Positions 37,493 through 48,663 of a DNA stretch of 64,000 nt are shown here, in pieces. The position numbers and the translations under genes were made by a program. Positions within the stretch are counted from its first letter, which is position 1; every line of letters starts with the position of its first letter. The DNA is from a virus, in the IMG/VR virus record IMGVR_UViG_3300037247_000703, positions 1 through 64,000 of that record. One strand, given 5' to 3'. Below the pieces are notes generated by a model that saw only the letters and a list, made by a program, of their open reading frames with translations, did not search any database and had not been told where the DNA came from.

Positions 37493-38781
37493 TTTTTTGC
37501 CTTCTCCTTCTTCTCTTTCTTCTTCTCAGGCTTCTTCTCGGGCTCAGGCTTTTCCTTCCGAGCGGAGAACCGACTCTGATAGCCAGACTCGGCCATCGCG
37601 TCGATCTCGATCTTGAGCATCTTCGCTTCTGCGGCGTTCATATCCTTCGCGACCTTCTTCACGAGCACGTCGACTTTCTTGACATCGATGCTCATCACCT
37701 TCGACCGCACTTCCTCTTCTTTCAGCTCAGCCTTCTTCGCCAAGACATTGATCACGCTGTCGGGAAATTTCCGACCGTGCTTCGCCTTGTTGATCGCGTA
37801 GGTGATCCCGTTGACACTGAACGTGCCGTCGCCCTTGATCTTCGCCTTGATCAGCTTCTCCAACTCTTCCTTGCGACCCTTGAGCAGCTTGAAAATATAC
37901 GTCACACGCTCTCGCTCTGCGGTGACCTCCTGCATCACTTCGGGATTCGCAATAAACATCTCGGCGAGCTTCTCATCATCGGTCGCTAAGGCGTTCTGAT
38001 ACTTCGGGCATTGGTTGCGCTGATCGCACCATGCGCAGAACTCGTTCAGACGAGCGGGATAGGGTCCTACCTCGCTCTGTCGCATCAGCGACTCGACGAA
38101 GTTGCATGCGCTCTCGATCTGTTCTTCGTCACGCGTGGTCTTCATGTCGATGCCGTGACGGAGCATGTCGAACGTGAAGGTGATCTTTTTAGCGTTCGGG
38201 TAGAGCTGTTTCGCAGCCCAGAGGTAGATCGACGGTTGCAGGTCGTTGTCGACCTGATCGCGATCGAACAGCACTCGATTCGTCTTGTAGTCTCTGACGT
38301 CGATGTGGTCGTCGCCTAGATCGTCAATGCGATCGATGAAGCCGAGGAAGTTCCAACCGGCGAGGGGCAGCTCGAAGCGCTGTTCGATCCCAATATGCCG
38401 AGCGTAGTCGACCATGCCGTTGCGTGCAGCGTAGTCAACGAGGATGTGCCGACCTTCCTCGAAGATTTCGAACTCGCTGATGTGCTTGTTCTTCTCGAAG
38501 CTCTCGCGGTAAATTTCCATCATCAGATCCTTGGGAAACGGACCGGCGATCTTCCCGTCAACGATTTGGGTCATCGTCGTTTCCAGCGTGCCGTGCATGA
38601 GGTTGCCAAAATGCAGTGGCAGACCGGGCTCGGACTTGAGACGCTGGACGTAACGCATCTCGAACGAGAGCGGGCACTGCTCGAACCGCTTGACTCTCGA
38701 CACGCTGATCAGATCATTCGCGTAGGCCGGGCGTTCGCGGTGCAAGACGATAGGAGTGGTCAGGTGATTGAGCGAGAGCAT
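37489..38781 (-). CDS. RecB/AddB-like PD-(D/E)XK exonuclease
   Basis: SVSRVKRFEQCP, GNLMH, GFIDRID...DYKT, Q..IY, C-terminal CAWC..RNQCP Fe-S ligands. Confidence 0.9.
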   Translation of the reverse strand: MLSLNHLTTPIVLHRERPAYANDLISVSRVKRFEQCPLSFEMRYVQRLKSEPGLPLHFGNLMHGTLETTMTQIVDGKIAGPFPKDLMMEIYRESFEKNKHISEFEIFEEGRHILVDYAARNGMVDYARHIGIEQRFELPLAGWNFLGFIDRIDDLGDDHIDVRDYKTNRVLFDRDQVDNDLQPSIYLWAAKQLYPNAKKITFTFDMLRHGIDMKTTRDEEQIESACNFVESLMRQSEVGPYPARLNEFCAWCDQRNQCPKYQNALATDDEKLAEMFIANPEVMQEVTAERERVTYIFKLLKGRKEELEKLIKAKIKGDGTFSVNGITYAINKAKHGRKFPDSVINVLAKKAELKEEEVRSKVMSIDVKKVDVLVKKVAKDMNAAEAKMLKIEIDAMAESGYQSRFSARKEKPEPEKKPEKKKEKKEKAKK

Positions 38782-38785
38782 GGTT

Positions 38786-39400
38786 CTAAGCCTCCACGAA
38801 GGTTTTGGTGAACTGGGAAACGCGACAGCCGGGAAACGCGGCGATCAGCCGACACAGCGTCAACAGATGCTCGGGGGTGATTTCTTTTCGATTCGCGTCG
38901 GTGTAGTTGGGCACGAGCCAGAACTCGCCGATCGCTTCGGACGTAATGCAGACCTCTACACCGAGTGCTCGAAAGCTCGCTACCTCGATCTCCGAGGGCA
39001 GGCCATCAACCTTGAGCTGTCGGTCATCATCGGCCGCCACAGGCGCTGTAACGGCCTGTGGCGTCGGCGGTGGCGACAGCGGTGCCGTCGGCTCATCGGG
39101 GGAGGCATCCGTAACGGGGAAGCTGGTGAGACGGTCGAGCATCTTCGCCTTCCAACCCGGCCGGAAGTACAGCTCGTCGGCGACCGCACTCACGTAGTCG
39201 GGGTTCGCTTCGACGAAGGCCGCTGACATCGGATTGGGGATGGGTTTGCCACTGTTCCGGCGAAGCCACTCTTCACAAACGGGGTGGGCGAGCAGACCGC
39301 ATGACCGATCCTCCGCGAAGTGCCGACAGCGTTTTTTCTCTCCCTCGGCCTCGTACTCAGGACAGAGGATCTGACTCGAATTGGTTTTGATAACCATCAA
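38786..39400 (-). CDS. Hypothetical protein with an N-terminal Cys cluster
   Basis: CPEY...RCRHF...CGL...VCEEW. Confidence 0.65.
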   Translation of the reverse strand: MMVIKTNSSQILCPEYEAEGEKKRCRHFAEDRSCGLLAHPVCEEWLRRNSGKPIPNPMSAAFVEANPDYVSAVADELYFRPGWKAKMLDRLTSFPVTDASPDEPTAPLSPPPTPQAVTAPVAADDDRQLKVDGLPSEIEVASFRALGVEVCITSEAIGEFWLVPNYTDANRKEITPEHLLTLCRLIAAFPGCRVSQFTKTFVEA

Positions 39401-39437
39401 ACTCTCTTTGTTGGACCTATTTTCAACCAGTTAGACC

Positions 39438-39890
39438 GAGTTACCGGTAACTCATTGATGATTTACCGAGTAAGTCGTCGCCAAAAACAATGAACAATAA
39501 CAGCAATCTAAGTATGGTTTACCCCGTGATTACCGGGTTTACCGGGTTTTGTCAGATGAAACTACCTACACTAGGGATCACATACACGCAGAGGGGGGAG
39601 GGGGTTTTTATCTCTCACACCCTCTAGTATAGATATATATATATATTAGGTAATATAGGTAACTAAGGGGTTTCTCCCAGCCTACCTCGTGGAACTCTTC
39701 AGCTTTCTCCTGCCACCCCCAACCGGTAAGATGCCACTTAGATCCGGCATCTTGGTCGGTGCTGCCACAAACCGTGCCAAGCCGACTTGACATCGTGCGG
39801 AACACTTGTTGCATACGGCCCTGTGGCAAAACAGCATGGGGGCCCGGGACCATCAACCCGGAAACCCGGTAAACCCGGTAACTCGGGGGC
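39438..39890. repeat. Putative replication origin: CCGGTAA iterons, palindrome, 20-bp inverted repeat and (TA)n core
   Basis: GAGTTACCGGTAACTC palindrome 39438-53; TTACCGGGTTTACCGGGTTT 39530-49 and its reverse complement 39862-81; TATATA tract near 39628-47. Confidence 0.6.
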
Positions 39891-40398
39891 AAGACTCGTT
39901 GAGCCCCTTCGCGTCGAGTCTCGCGACTCGCGACGTCAATCGAGCCCCTTCTAAGGTGCTGATCTAGCGAACCTTGAGTTTGCTCTCCGACCCTACGAGC
40001 ACGCCCGATTCGACCATGAGACCCCCCGACCGGCCCTAGTTGCCCCCCGAGCGGGTAGGTGGCCTGCGGACTGAGGTACGCCGCAGCGAGAATGGCGCCT
40101 ACGCAGGCCCCGAGCACGGCCGCGACAGCGCGCGTAGGACGCCCGTCACGCCCGCGAAGTGATGTCGGCGCCGCGATGGTCCGGGCTCGCGGAACGGCTG
40201 CCACAGGACGCCTGACAGCTCCGTCGACGGGCAGTCTACCGCCCGCCTGCCGCCCGGATTCCCGGTCGCCTGCGCTGGCGAACAGAGCCACGATCGCCTC
40301 GCGCGCCGACCACTGCGGATTGCTCGCCCACCACGCCATCGCGCCGTAGACGACCGCCATCGCCCCCACAACCCCATACACCGTCCACAACCCCATAC

Positions 40399-41509
40399 TC
40401 ACGAGTGGAGCCCCGCATCGCAAGGATCGAGCGGTCCCGCCCCGCAGACGTCGCAGGCGATGCACGCCGACCGCGGCATTTTTCGGGGTCGGCCCGCCAT
40501 CGCCGACAGCCGGGCATCGCGAATCGCCTCGATACTCCGACGGACCGGATCGGCGTTGAGCACGCGCGCCCGCGGCACCTGTGGCGGGGTCCCCGCCTCC
40601 GGGGGCACGATTTCGCCCTCGAACTGTCGCCGCCGTCGGGTGTAGACGATCTCGGTGATCACGATGCCAGCTGCGCTGGAGAGGCAGAAGGCGAGCGAGA
40701 TCCACATCGTGAGGGTCACGAGCGCCGCCTCCTACCGCCGCCGGGAAGCAACGAGAACGGCCCCTCGATCTTCGGGGGCTTGGGGGGGTCTGCCGCCGGA
40801 GCCTTGCGGCCTACGTCGCCTATGGGCAGGCTGAATACGTCGCCAGACGGTGAGCGCGTGGCGGGTGTCTGGCCGATCATGCCGCTCTTGTCGGTGCCAC
40901 GCCGCCCACCGCCGGGAAGGCACGAGAACGTGCGCTCCGATTTTTTGTCGTCGTCGTCGCTCCAGGGGCGCTCCCAGCCCTCGCCCGCATGGGACCAGAA
41001 GCGCGGCGCACGTTCGTCAGGCGGGTCGACGTGGCTGACCGCGCCAAAGTCGTTGTGCCGCTCGATGGCCGGCAGCGCTTGTCGCCGGATCGCCGGGAAC
41101 CTCGACCTCGGCATCGCGGTCGCCGTCGGTAGCGGCGCCATAGGCCCGCCGGCTTCCGGTGGCACTTCGTCTTCGGTCCAGCCGCGCCACGCGCGCCGTA
41201 GCACTGCCACGCCGCCGACGACCACCATGACGGTTGCAACCGCCGCCAGCGTAAACGCCAGCCACGAGACGCCGATATGGGCTTGGATAAATTCGTAGAT
41301 CATTGTGCTCTCCTGCGCCTCGACATGTCGCGCGCTGTGGGCATCGGATCCGGTTCGGGCTCCGATGCTGGGATGCCGCCTGTCGCGAGTCGATGTTCAG
41401 TGTCTCGAATGACGCGCATGACCTGTCGGACGATCGGCCCGACGCCGACGGCAATAATGATCAGGAGGATCGCGTTCACGATCTCGTTCGCGACGTATTC
41501 GAGCGTCAC
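40399..41509 (-). other. Three coupled genes for small N-terminally anchored membrane proteins (40399..40719, 40716..41303, 41300..41509)
   Basis: Each has an N-terminal hydrophobic helix followed by Arg-rich then Pro-rich tails. Confidence 0.6.
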
Positions 41510-41759
41510 AGGTTCATCCCCTCGAATGCTTCATCAACGCGAGCGCGCCATTCCTCTTTTGGGAATGATCGCGCGTACAAAAATGCGGTCAGTTCACCGA
41601 CGCCGTAGCCGCCGCGACAAGACCCGGTAATCATCGCAGCCTGCGGTCCCCACAGGTGGCAGTACACCTCGTAGGCTCGCAGCACCACCTCTTCTCTGAG
41701 CGTGGCGCGCCGGAGATTTCTTGTCTGCGCGATCTGCACAGGCATCGTCTTGACGTCGC

Positions 41760-42062
41760 TCACGAGCCCCGCTCCTTGTGCCACGTCTCGAACAGTTTCA
41801 GCTTGTCGCGTGCACGTTTCTTGATACGCCCTCCGTCGAGCCCGTTGTGATAGATCACGAAGTCCCATGCCGCGATCACGTCGGCTAGCTCGTCTTCGAG
41901 TCGTTCGCGAAGATCGGTGCCATCCCAATGGTTCGACTCGCCTGCGAGTGCGATCAGCTTGCCGCACACTTGTGTGACTTCGCCCGCTTCCTCGATCAGT
42001 TTGCTGATGCCCGGCCACACGTTCGAGCCGATGGAAAAATCGCCGCTTCCTTGTGGTGTCAC
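41760..42062 (-). CDS. MazG-like nucleotide pyrophosphohydrolase
   Basis: KLIEEAGEV...LEDELADV motif pair. Confidence 0.75.
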   Translation of the reverse strand: MTPQGSGDFSIGSNVWPGISKLIEEAGEVTQVCGKLIALAGESNHWDGTDLRERLEDELADVIAAWDFVIYHNGLDGGRIKKRARDKLKLFETWHKERGS

Positions 42063-42745
42063 CGTGCGTCTCCGATGACGACTGTCGCCACCTCGATCAG
42101 TCGTGGCCCATGCGCGCCGCAGTCACCGCCTGAAAGGCGTGCGCAGTCGCGGCACCATCGCCACCATCGCGGCGGACAAATGCAGTGCCGCCCCGTGGAG
42201 CCGCCGCATGCGCTGCAAGGATTCAACGATCGTGTCATCGTGCTCTCCTACTCCGGGCCACTGCCCGTGCTGCTTGCCGGTTCCGGCGCCTAGCCGCGCC
42301 CGCCCGCTCTCGATAGCTCAGCGGCTTTTTTGGCTTCGTCCATCGCCAGATTCCGAAGAACACCAAACCGACCGCGATCCCGACCACGATTGCCATCCCC
42401 TCGCTCACTTCGAACCTCCGATCGCCGTCGCCGGGCAGCCGGGCTGACCGCAGCATACCTCTAGATCGCCTACAGCCGCGCCGCAGCCGATACATGTTCC
42501 TGGACCGCCAACGTCCAGACCGCCGCGTATGATCGCGCATGACCCCGGCTCGCCTGCGACAGCTCGCCGCGCCTCTTCAACGCTGTCGAATGCGCCATCG
42601 CATTGGGCATTCCGAATCGCGGCGACGGTCTCACTGATCGATGAGGTATCGATTGTCGGTCGGCGACGTCGTCGACGCCACGCGCTGAAGGCGTATCCCC
42701 AGCCGAACAGACCGACCGCGCAGACGATGATCAGCAGTACGTCGC

Positions 42746-43384
42746 TCACGGCGAGCACGCTCCGTCGTGGCCGTAGAGGCGCCTGCAGGCTACTCGAACG
42801 CGCCCGATGCCGCACGTTGGATGACCGTTCCATGTGCACTCGTCTTTGTGGTCGGTGTCCAGCGAGCAACCGGGCTCGTGCCAGAGCCACAGTAGTTCTC
42901 CGTGCAACACGGCGCTCGATCGCATTCGGCAGGTCAGTTCGCGCTCGTGGCCGGCGATCAGCGCGCAGTTCAGCTCGTCGCAGCGTTTCGAGCGATCGAT
43001 GTCGCCCATCATCTCGTCAGGGTCGTCGCCGTCGACAGTGACTTTCTCGGCCGCGAGCGACATCAGCTTCCCGCCGGCACGCTTGCCGGCACGCACGATC
43101 GAGATGGTCACGCCGAGATCGGTCATCAATTGTTTCTCGTTCCGCGAGTCGTTGAACAGCGCCAACGCGCCTACTGGCGTCCACAGACATTTCGCGTGAC
43201 AAGGCAGGCGCGAGCCAGCCCATGGTCGCCATTTGTCATTGCAGACCGGGCATGTTCGCCACGCGCTTGCGCCGATAGGCCATGCTTGCGCGCGCATCGA
43301 CATCACGAACCATTCGTGCGTGACGCCGATTTCGTAGGGTTCGACGAGTATGGCTCGCGATGCTCTGTGACCGACGGCTCTCAT
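42746..43384 (-). CDS. Cys/His-rich hypothetical protein
   Basis: ATGA-coupled start at 43384; C-x-L-x3-H repeats. Confidence 0.5.
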   Translation of the reverse strand: MRAVGHRASRAILVEPYEIGVTHEWFVMSMRAQAWPIGASAWRTCPVCNDKWRPWAGSRLPCHAKCLWTPVGALALFNDSRNEKQLMTDLGVTISIVRAGKRAGGKLMSLAAEKVTVDGDDPDEMMGDIDRSKRCDELNCALIAGHERELTCRMRSSAVLHGELLWLWHEPGCSLDTDHKDECTWNGHPTCGIGRVRVACRRLYGHDGACSP

Positions 43385-43878
43385 GATGCACACTCCGACA
43401 GCAGCGGCGCCGCGCAGCTCGGGCACGCCGCCATCGAGCGCCGCAGCATGGACGCAATGAATCGCCATGTCGGCGCGTCGGTTTCGCGCCACGGCGCTTT
43501 GACGGTGAACTCGACCTTCGTCGCGACGTGCCGGTTCGGTTCGTCGTTCGTGATTTCGATCAGGCCGCACTCGATCGGTATGTTCGCCGGGCTGATGACG
43601 CCCTTGGGCGCGACGAAGTAAAACTGATTGGCGTAGAGCAGCGCCGGCCGTCTCTTGACCGGCTGTTCGAGTTCGCGCAAATAGTCGCGCTTGCTCACCT
43701 TGATTTCGTAGGCGGTGCGCACGTTGTGCTTGCTCGGATACGGCGACATCGCGAACGCGTCGATCCGTCGTTCGCTGTCGACGCCCCATCCTGCCCCCGC
43801 GCGCAGCTCGGCGAAGAAGATGTCTTCGGCGTGTAGCTCGCGCAGGAGTGCGGTGATTCGCTTTGATGTCCACTTCAT
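43381..43878 (-). CDS. MmcB-like PD-(D/E)XK nuclease
   Basis: E...RRIDAF...YEIKVSKRDY...FYFVAP...GLI. Confidence 0.75.
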   Translation of the reverse strand: MKWTSKRITALLRELHAEDIFFAELRAGAGWGVDSERRIDAFAMSPYPSKHNVRTAYEIKVSKRDYLRELEQPVKRRPALLYANQFYFVAPKGVISPANIPIECGLIEITNDEPNRHVATKVEFTVKAPWRETDAPTWRFIASMLRRSMAACPSCAAPLLSECAS

Positions 43879-44576
43879 GACTTCAATTCCTCTATCGCAT
43901 CCGGCTCAGTCAACGCGTCGGCAAGGTCTTCATCACCGGCTTCGATCTGCTCGCTTAGATCGGCGCCAAACTCTTCGGTCCAACCGCACGCCATGCACCA
44001 CGACGGCGATGTCATCACGCCCACGCCGACGTCGACTTCGTTGCGATCAATCGAGTCTTGCCCGCACTCGGGGCACAGCTCCTTTTTCGTCATGCGCGCG
44101 CCTCTTTGAGTTCGGCGATAGCCGCGAGCGCACGCTCACCGAATAAGTTGCCGCCCTCGTTGTCGTATTGAATGAACGCTAGGTGCGGTTGCCCATGACC
44201 GCAACAAGCATTCATGACGCCGGGCAAGGTGCCCAGGCAGCCATCGTGCCCGTCGGGCGTATTGGCGAGCCCGCAGAAACCGCAGTCCCTGTTCGGCGTC
44301 TCGGCGACAGGTTCGCGCGTGTCGGCGTAGAGGCAGAGAACGCGGTGTCCTCTGTGCATGTCTTCGCTCTTGGCTGTGGAAGACATGGGTTACGTTTTCT
44401 GTGACTCCAGGTAGGCGATGTATCGCCCGAGCCAGCCATGAACGCGCCGTAATCCTTCCAGTGTCGCGCGCGGCGCGGCATCCTCTCCCCATAGGATGTC
44501 GATGTTTGCATCTCTTGCTGCGGGTGCGGCTTCGAGAACGATTACCTGATCATCTAGATAGAGCGGTCGCGGTTTC

Positions 44577-45377
44577 TTAGTCGTGGAAGACATAGCTCAC
44601 GTTCCTTACGTTGGGGGACCAGCAAGCGCGGCACGAGCCGCAGCGGTGTTCGCGCGACGGAGCAAGGCACTCGATCGACTCGTTGGCCTTGTCGCCGCGT
44701 ACAGGATGCCCGGTGAAGCGGTGCACGCTCGACGTCGTGAGAGCAGCGAGCCGGCCCTCGAACTCGGGCCACTCGTCAAGATAGTCGGCCGACAATCGCA
44801 CGACGAGATTCTCGGGGAATCTGTCGGCCGCGTCGTCATCGACGAGCGCGAGGTAATCGGCGACCATCAAATGCTCGCGCGTCGGAAGCCAGTGGTGAAC
44901 GGTCTCGGTCCGGTAGGCCACCGAGACGATGTTGCGAAGGTGCCAGACCGCGGCAAGGTCGCCCGAGTCGTGCCATCGAAACCACGACTTCTCAGGACCG
45001 ACGCAGCGCAGCCGAATCATCCGAACCATCGCATCGACCCATCGCGGATCGTGGATCGCCTTCTGTCGATAACTGCGTGACTTGGCGCTCGTGCTGAATT
45101 GGTAAAAGCCTCCGAGCGTGTAGCAGCCCGAGCACACCGAGCCTTCCTCGACCATCAGTTTCTGACCGCGTTTGCATTCGTGCGAGTCGAGGCCGTAGGT
45201 GTAGCCGGGCATCTTTGTCGTATGCCCGAGCTTGCCCGCGATCATCTCCGCGCGCCGCAGCGTGATGCGCCGGTCCGGCTCGACTGGCCCGTGTTTCACT
45301 TCGTCGAGCAGACAATCCGGGCAGCGACACCACGGCGGATCTCTGAGCACAGGAAGATTCAATCGCCGAACACTCAC
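44577..45377 (-). CDS. Gp88-like phage protein (Fe-S/radical-SAM-like)
   Basis: KMPG...C..G......SVCSGCY; FRWHDSGD; HWLPTRE; NLVVRLS; CGSCRACW. Confidence 0.8.
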   Translation of the reverse strand: MSVRRLNLPVLRDPPWCRCPDCLLDEVKHGPVEPDRRITLRRAEMIAGKLGHTTKMPGYTYGLDSHECKRGQKLMVEEGSVCSGCYTLGGFYQFSTSAKSRSYRQKAIHDPRWVDAMVRMIRLRCVGPEKSWFRWHDSGDLAAVWHLRNIVSVAYRTETVHHWLPTREHLMVADYLALVDDDAADRFPENLVVRLSADYLDEWPEFEGRLAALTTSSVHRFTGHPVRGDKANESIECLAPSREHRCGSCRACWSPNVRNVSYVFHD

Positions 45378-46873
45378 TTCGCTAGCTCGCTGCGTATCTG
45401 TGCGGCGATCTGCGCGCAGTGTTTCCCCCACGGACCGTCGACGCCGTTGTCGTCGGCCATGATCAGTTCGTATAGCTCTGGATACTCCTTCTCGAACTCG
45501 GCGACACCGGTACAGTCGGAGAGCACAACCGGCAGCGCAGACCATAGCGCCGTCTGCGCGTTGCCCAGAGCGATCGCGAGCTGCGCGTGCTCGGCGCGCG
45601 CGCGATGACGCATCGGCAGCTTGTTGACGATCTCGGCAAGCGTCAGCTCTCTACTCGGGCCGCCCATCATCCACCTTCCTTCGCAATCGCTTCGCACGCG
45701 CAGTGCAGCGCGCAGCCGCCGCAGGGTTCGCACGCGATATCGCCCCAACAGCCTCCGGGCGGTGGCGCATCCGAGCAACAGAACTCAACGCCCAGATCGT
45801 CGCCGTACAACAGGCGCCGCTGATCGGTCGCCATAAGAATCAACAACCAACCGGATTCCCTGAGTGCGTTCGTGCGCACGATTGTGTTCACCCTTGCCGT
45901 TATCGCTTTGTTCTCGATGATGATCGGCGCGTCGATGAATTCGATCTCTCGATGTAGCTCGGCGATCTGTTCTTCAAGGTGTCCGACGTCGAGAGCACGC
46001 CGACCGAGACAGGTGAAGCAATACTCGATCTGATGCACGCCCGGGATGTAGCGAAACCGCACCGCGCAGTCGACGCAGTACATGACCTCGGTACCGAGCG
46101 CGGCAAGTTCAGCTTCGGCGGCCTCGTGTCGTCGCTCGCTCTCGTCGAATCGTTGTTCGATCTTCGCGAGTTTGTCGAGGCGTTTGGCAGCGTGGCGCAG
46201 CGCCTCTAACGCATCGTTGTGGCTATCCATCGTCGTCGGCCTTCATCGCTTTGAACAACTCCCTGAGCGCGTCGAGGGTTCGCGGCGAGTGGCCGCCCGA
46301 GTTGCAGAACTCGACGGACGAACCAAGACCCTCTTCACCGGACTCACGGACGGACACGATGATGTCGCCGTCGTCTTGCAACAACAGTCCAAGTCTGCCG
46401 TCGGGCGACATATCCTCGGTACGGCGGACAATGCGTGGATCGCGATCAGCCATGTCACTTGCCTCCGCCGGACAGCGCGCCTTCGAAGGCACAGGCCGCA
46501 TCGCGGAGGATGCCTGCGGTGAACACGGTGCCGGCCGGTCCACGGTTCTGATCTTTCACCCACTCCTTCAGCCTCAAGTATTCGTCCGTCGTGAATCGGT
46601 CTGGTTCCTTGCTGACGGATGCCCTATCATTGGCAACGGCGGCACGGGCGATACACACGACACACGGCGGCAAAAGAACACAGTGGGCGCGTACGTCGCC
46701 GATAGTTGGCACGTCGCGATCTAAACAGCCATGAGCAGCGATCTCTCGTAGCTGTCTTTCCTGTTCGCGCAAGCGTTCCTCGGCCTCGATGAGCAGCTCG
46801 ATGTAGAACTCAGTTTCGTTGTCGCCTTCTTCGCCGCGCCATCGCGCGATTCGGTCTGCAATGCTCATCTCCA

Positions 46874-47878
46874 TCATTCGCCTCCGTCCGGCATCCTGAG
46901 CAGCCGAAGCTGCGATGACTGCCTGCGTTTCAGTTTTCGTGGATTCCACCGAGCCGCGGTCCATTCTTTCCATGGGATCTTTTTGTCGTAGGCGCCGACC
47001 ACCCATCGCTGAAATCCGAGCAGCTCCGGCGTGCGCTCGTAGGGCATCGGATAGGGTCGTGCGCCGAACTCGCGCAGTTGCCGGCGCCGCTTGTTGCGTT
47101 CCGCGTGCGCTTCACCGGGCTCGTAACCAATCAGCATGTACACCATGATGTGATCGGGTTTGACGCCATGCCGAACGAGCGCCTTAAGACCGGCGAACAG
47201 TCGCCCGCGATCTTCCAGTCGATCCCATGCCGTATAGATCCGCCGCGTCTTGAAATCGAGCGAGCGATAGTTCATCGACGCCATCGCGCTCGCGCTCTCG
47301 TCGTCGAGGAAGCGAGCGTTGATGCCTTGCAACAGCGACACCCGGAACGGCCCCGCGTTGATCGCGTCAACGTGCTCACGCCAGTTCGGCTGCCCGAAGA
47401 AGTCGTTGTCTAGGAGGGCCAGATCCCGAGGCCACGGCTCGCCGCGCCACAGTTGCTCGACTGTCTGTGCGGCGCGAACCTTCCCCTCCTTCTGCGGCAC
47501 GACGCAGAACTTGCAACGCAGCCGGCAGCCGCGTTGTGTGAATCCGATCGACGGTCGATAGCTCGGATAGATCGAGTAGTCTTGCACCGCCGTTGTGATG
47601 CCGCGGTCTTCGAGTGAGCCCGATACGCTCCATCCGGTTCCGCCCAGAATCGCGCTTGGGTATTCGCGCAGGACCGCATCGGCGACGGGCCGCGTCTTCA
47701 GGAAGATCAGCGAGCCGTAAACGCGGTCAAACTCGTCGCCGAAACGACGGCACACGGTGGACGCGTTGCCGGCCTTGCGCAACTCTACGTCATCACCGAG
47801 AGCGCGGTGATGCGCAGCGATTCGCATCAAGGCAACGTTCGGCAACTTGCCATCGAGCTGCAAGAGCAACACCTTCAC
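46874..47878 (-). CDS. Radical SAM protein
   Basis: RGCRLRCKFC (CxxxCxxC); LLDNDF; N-terminal PNVALMRI. Confidence 0.85.
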   Translation of the reverse strand: MKVLLLQLDGKLPNVALMRIAAHHRALGDDVELRKAGNASTVCRRFGDEFDRVYGSLIFLKTRPVADAVLREYPSAILGGTGWSVSGSLEDRGITTAVQDYSIYPSYRPSIGFTQRGCRLRCKFCVVPQKEGKVRAAQTVEQLWRGEPWPRDLALLDNDFFGQPNWREHVDAINAGPFRVSLLQGINARFLDDESASAMASMNYRSLDFKTRRIYTAWDRLEDRGRLFAGLKALVRHGVKPDHIMVYMLIGYEPGEAHAERNKRRRQLREFGARPYPMPYERTPELLGFQRWVVGAYDKKIPWKEWTAARWNPRKLKRRQSSQLRLLRMPDGGE

Positions 47879-48663
47879 TAGTCCGCGCCTCCGTCTTCCG
47901 ACATCATCTTCGTCGCCTTGCTGATGCGGTCACCGAGTGCGGTGATCAGCAACACCGACAGCAGCTCCCACGGTCCGATACGTTTGCTCTTGCGCGGCCA
48001 GCCGCGGATCCGCCCGCGCTTCCACACCTTGTTCGTGTTCTTGGAGTAGTGCGCGCCCTTGTAGATTTCGAATAGGTAGTTACCGCGCATGCTATCGCCG
48101 CTGCCGTCGTTGATGATGTGCGCGCGGCCAAGGTCAATGACATCGCCCTTGCCGGCACGATGGAACTCTAGCTTGATGACGATCACCGTCTACTGACCCT
48201 TGAGCGCCGCGCGCGCCTCGAACGATGCGTTATCGCAATCCTTCTCGACCTCGCTCAGAGAGTCGGACAGATTCTCAACGTCATCGGGATCGGGGCCGCC
48301 TTGTCGTTGTGCTGCCCCCGCCTTGCGCGATATCTCGTCGAGCGCATCCGCTGCGCTGTCGAGCGCGGTAGTCAGGTCGTCGATGCGATCTACGATCTCA
48401 CCGGCATCGTGCCATTCGCCTTCGACGTGAATTCTAACTTCTGTGTCGCCATCAGTTGCCATCGTCGTCGCCCTTCGTTGTAGTTGACTACGTTTTGCTC
48501 TCAGCAAACATGACGAATTGTTCGAACCAGTCTGGCTCGCCCTGATCTTCAACTTTTGCTTCGGGATACTTTCGGTTGCATTCATCGATGTAGGCGTTGA
48601 ACTCGTCCACATCCTTGTGAAGCTGTTTGATGAACTCGATCTTCGTCATCGTCGCCGTCCCTT

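Noticed and set aside
37489-38781. Cas4/CRISPR association
   Set aside because: RecB/AddB-like nuclease next to ruvC with no cas genes or array; an ordinary phage recombination gene
39608-40705. 365-aa ORF as a single gene
   Set aside because: The N-terminus overlaps 40399..40719 and the C-terminus runs through the iteron/(TA)n region (YLYYLIYIYIY); only the part from ~40396 may be coding
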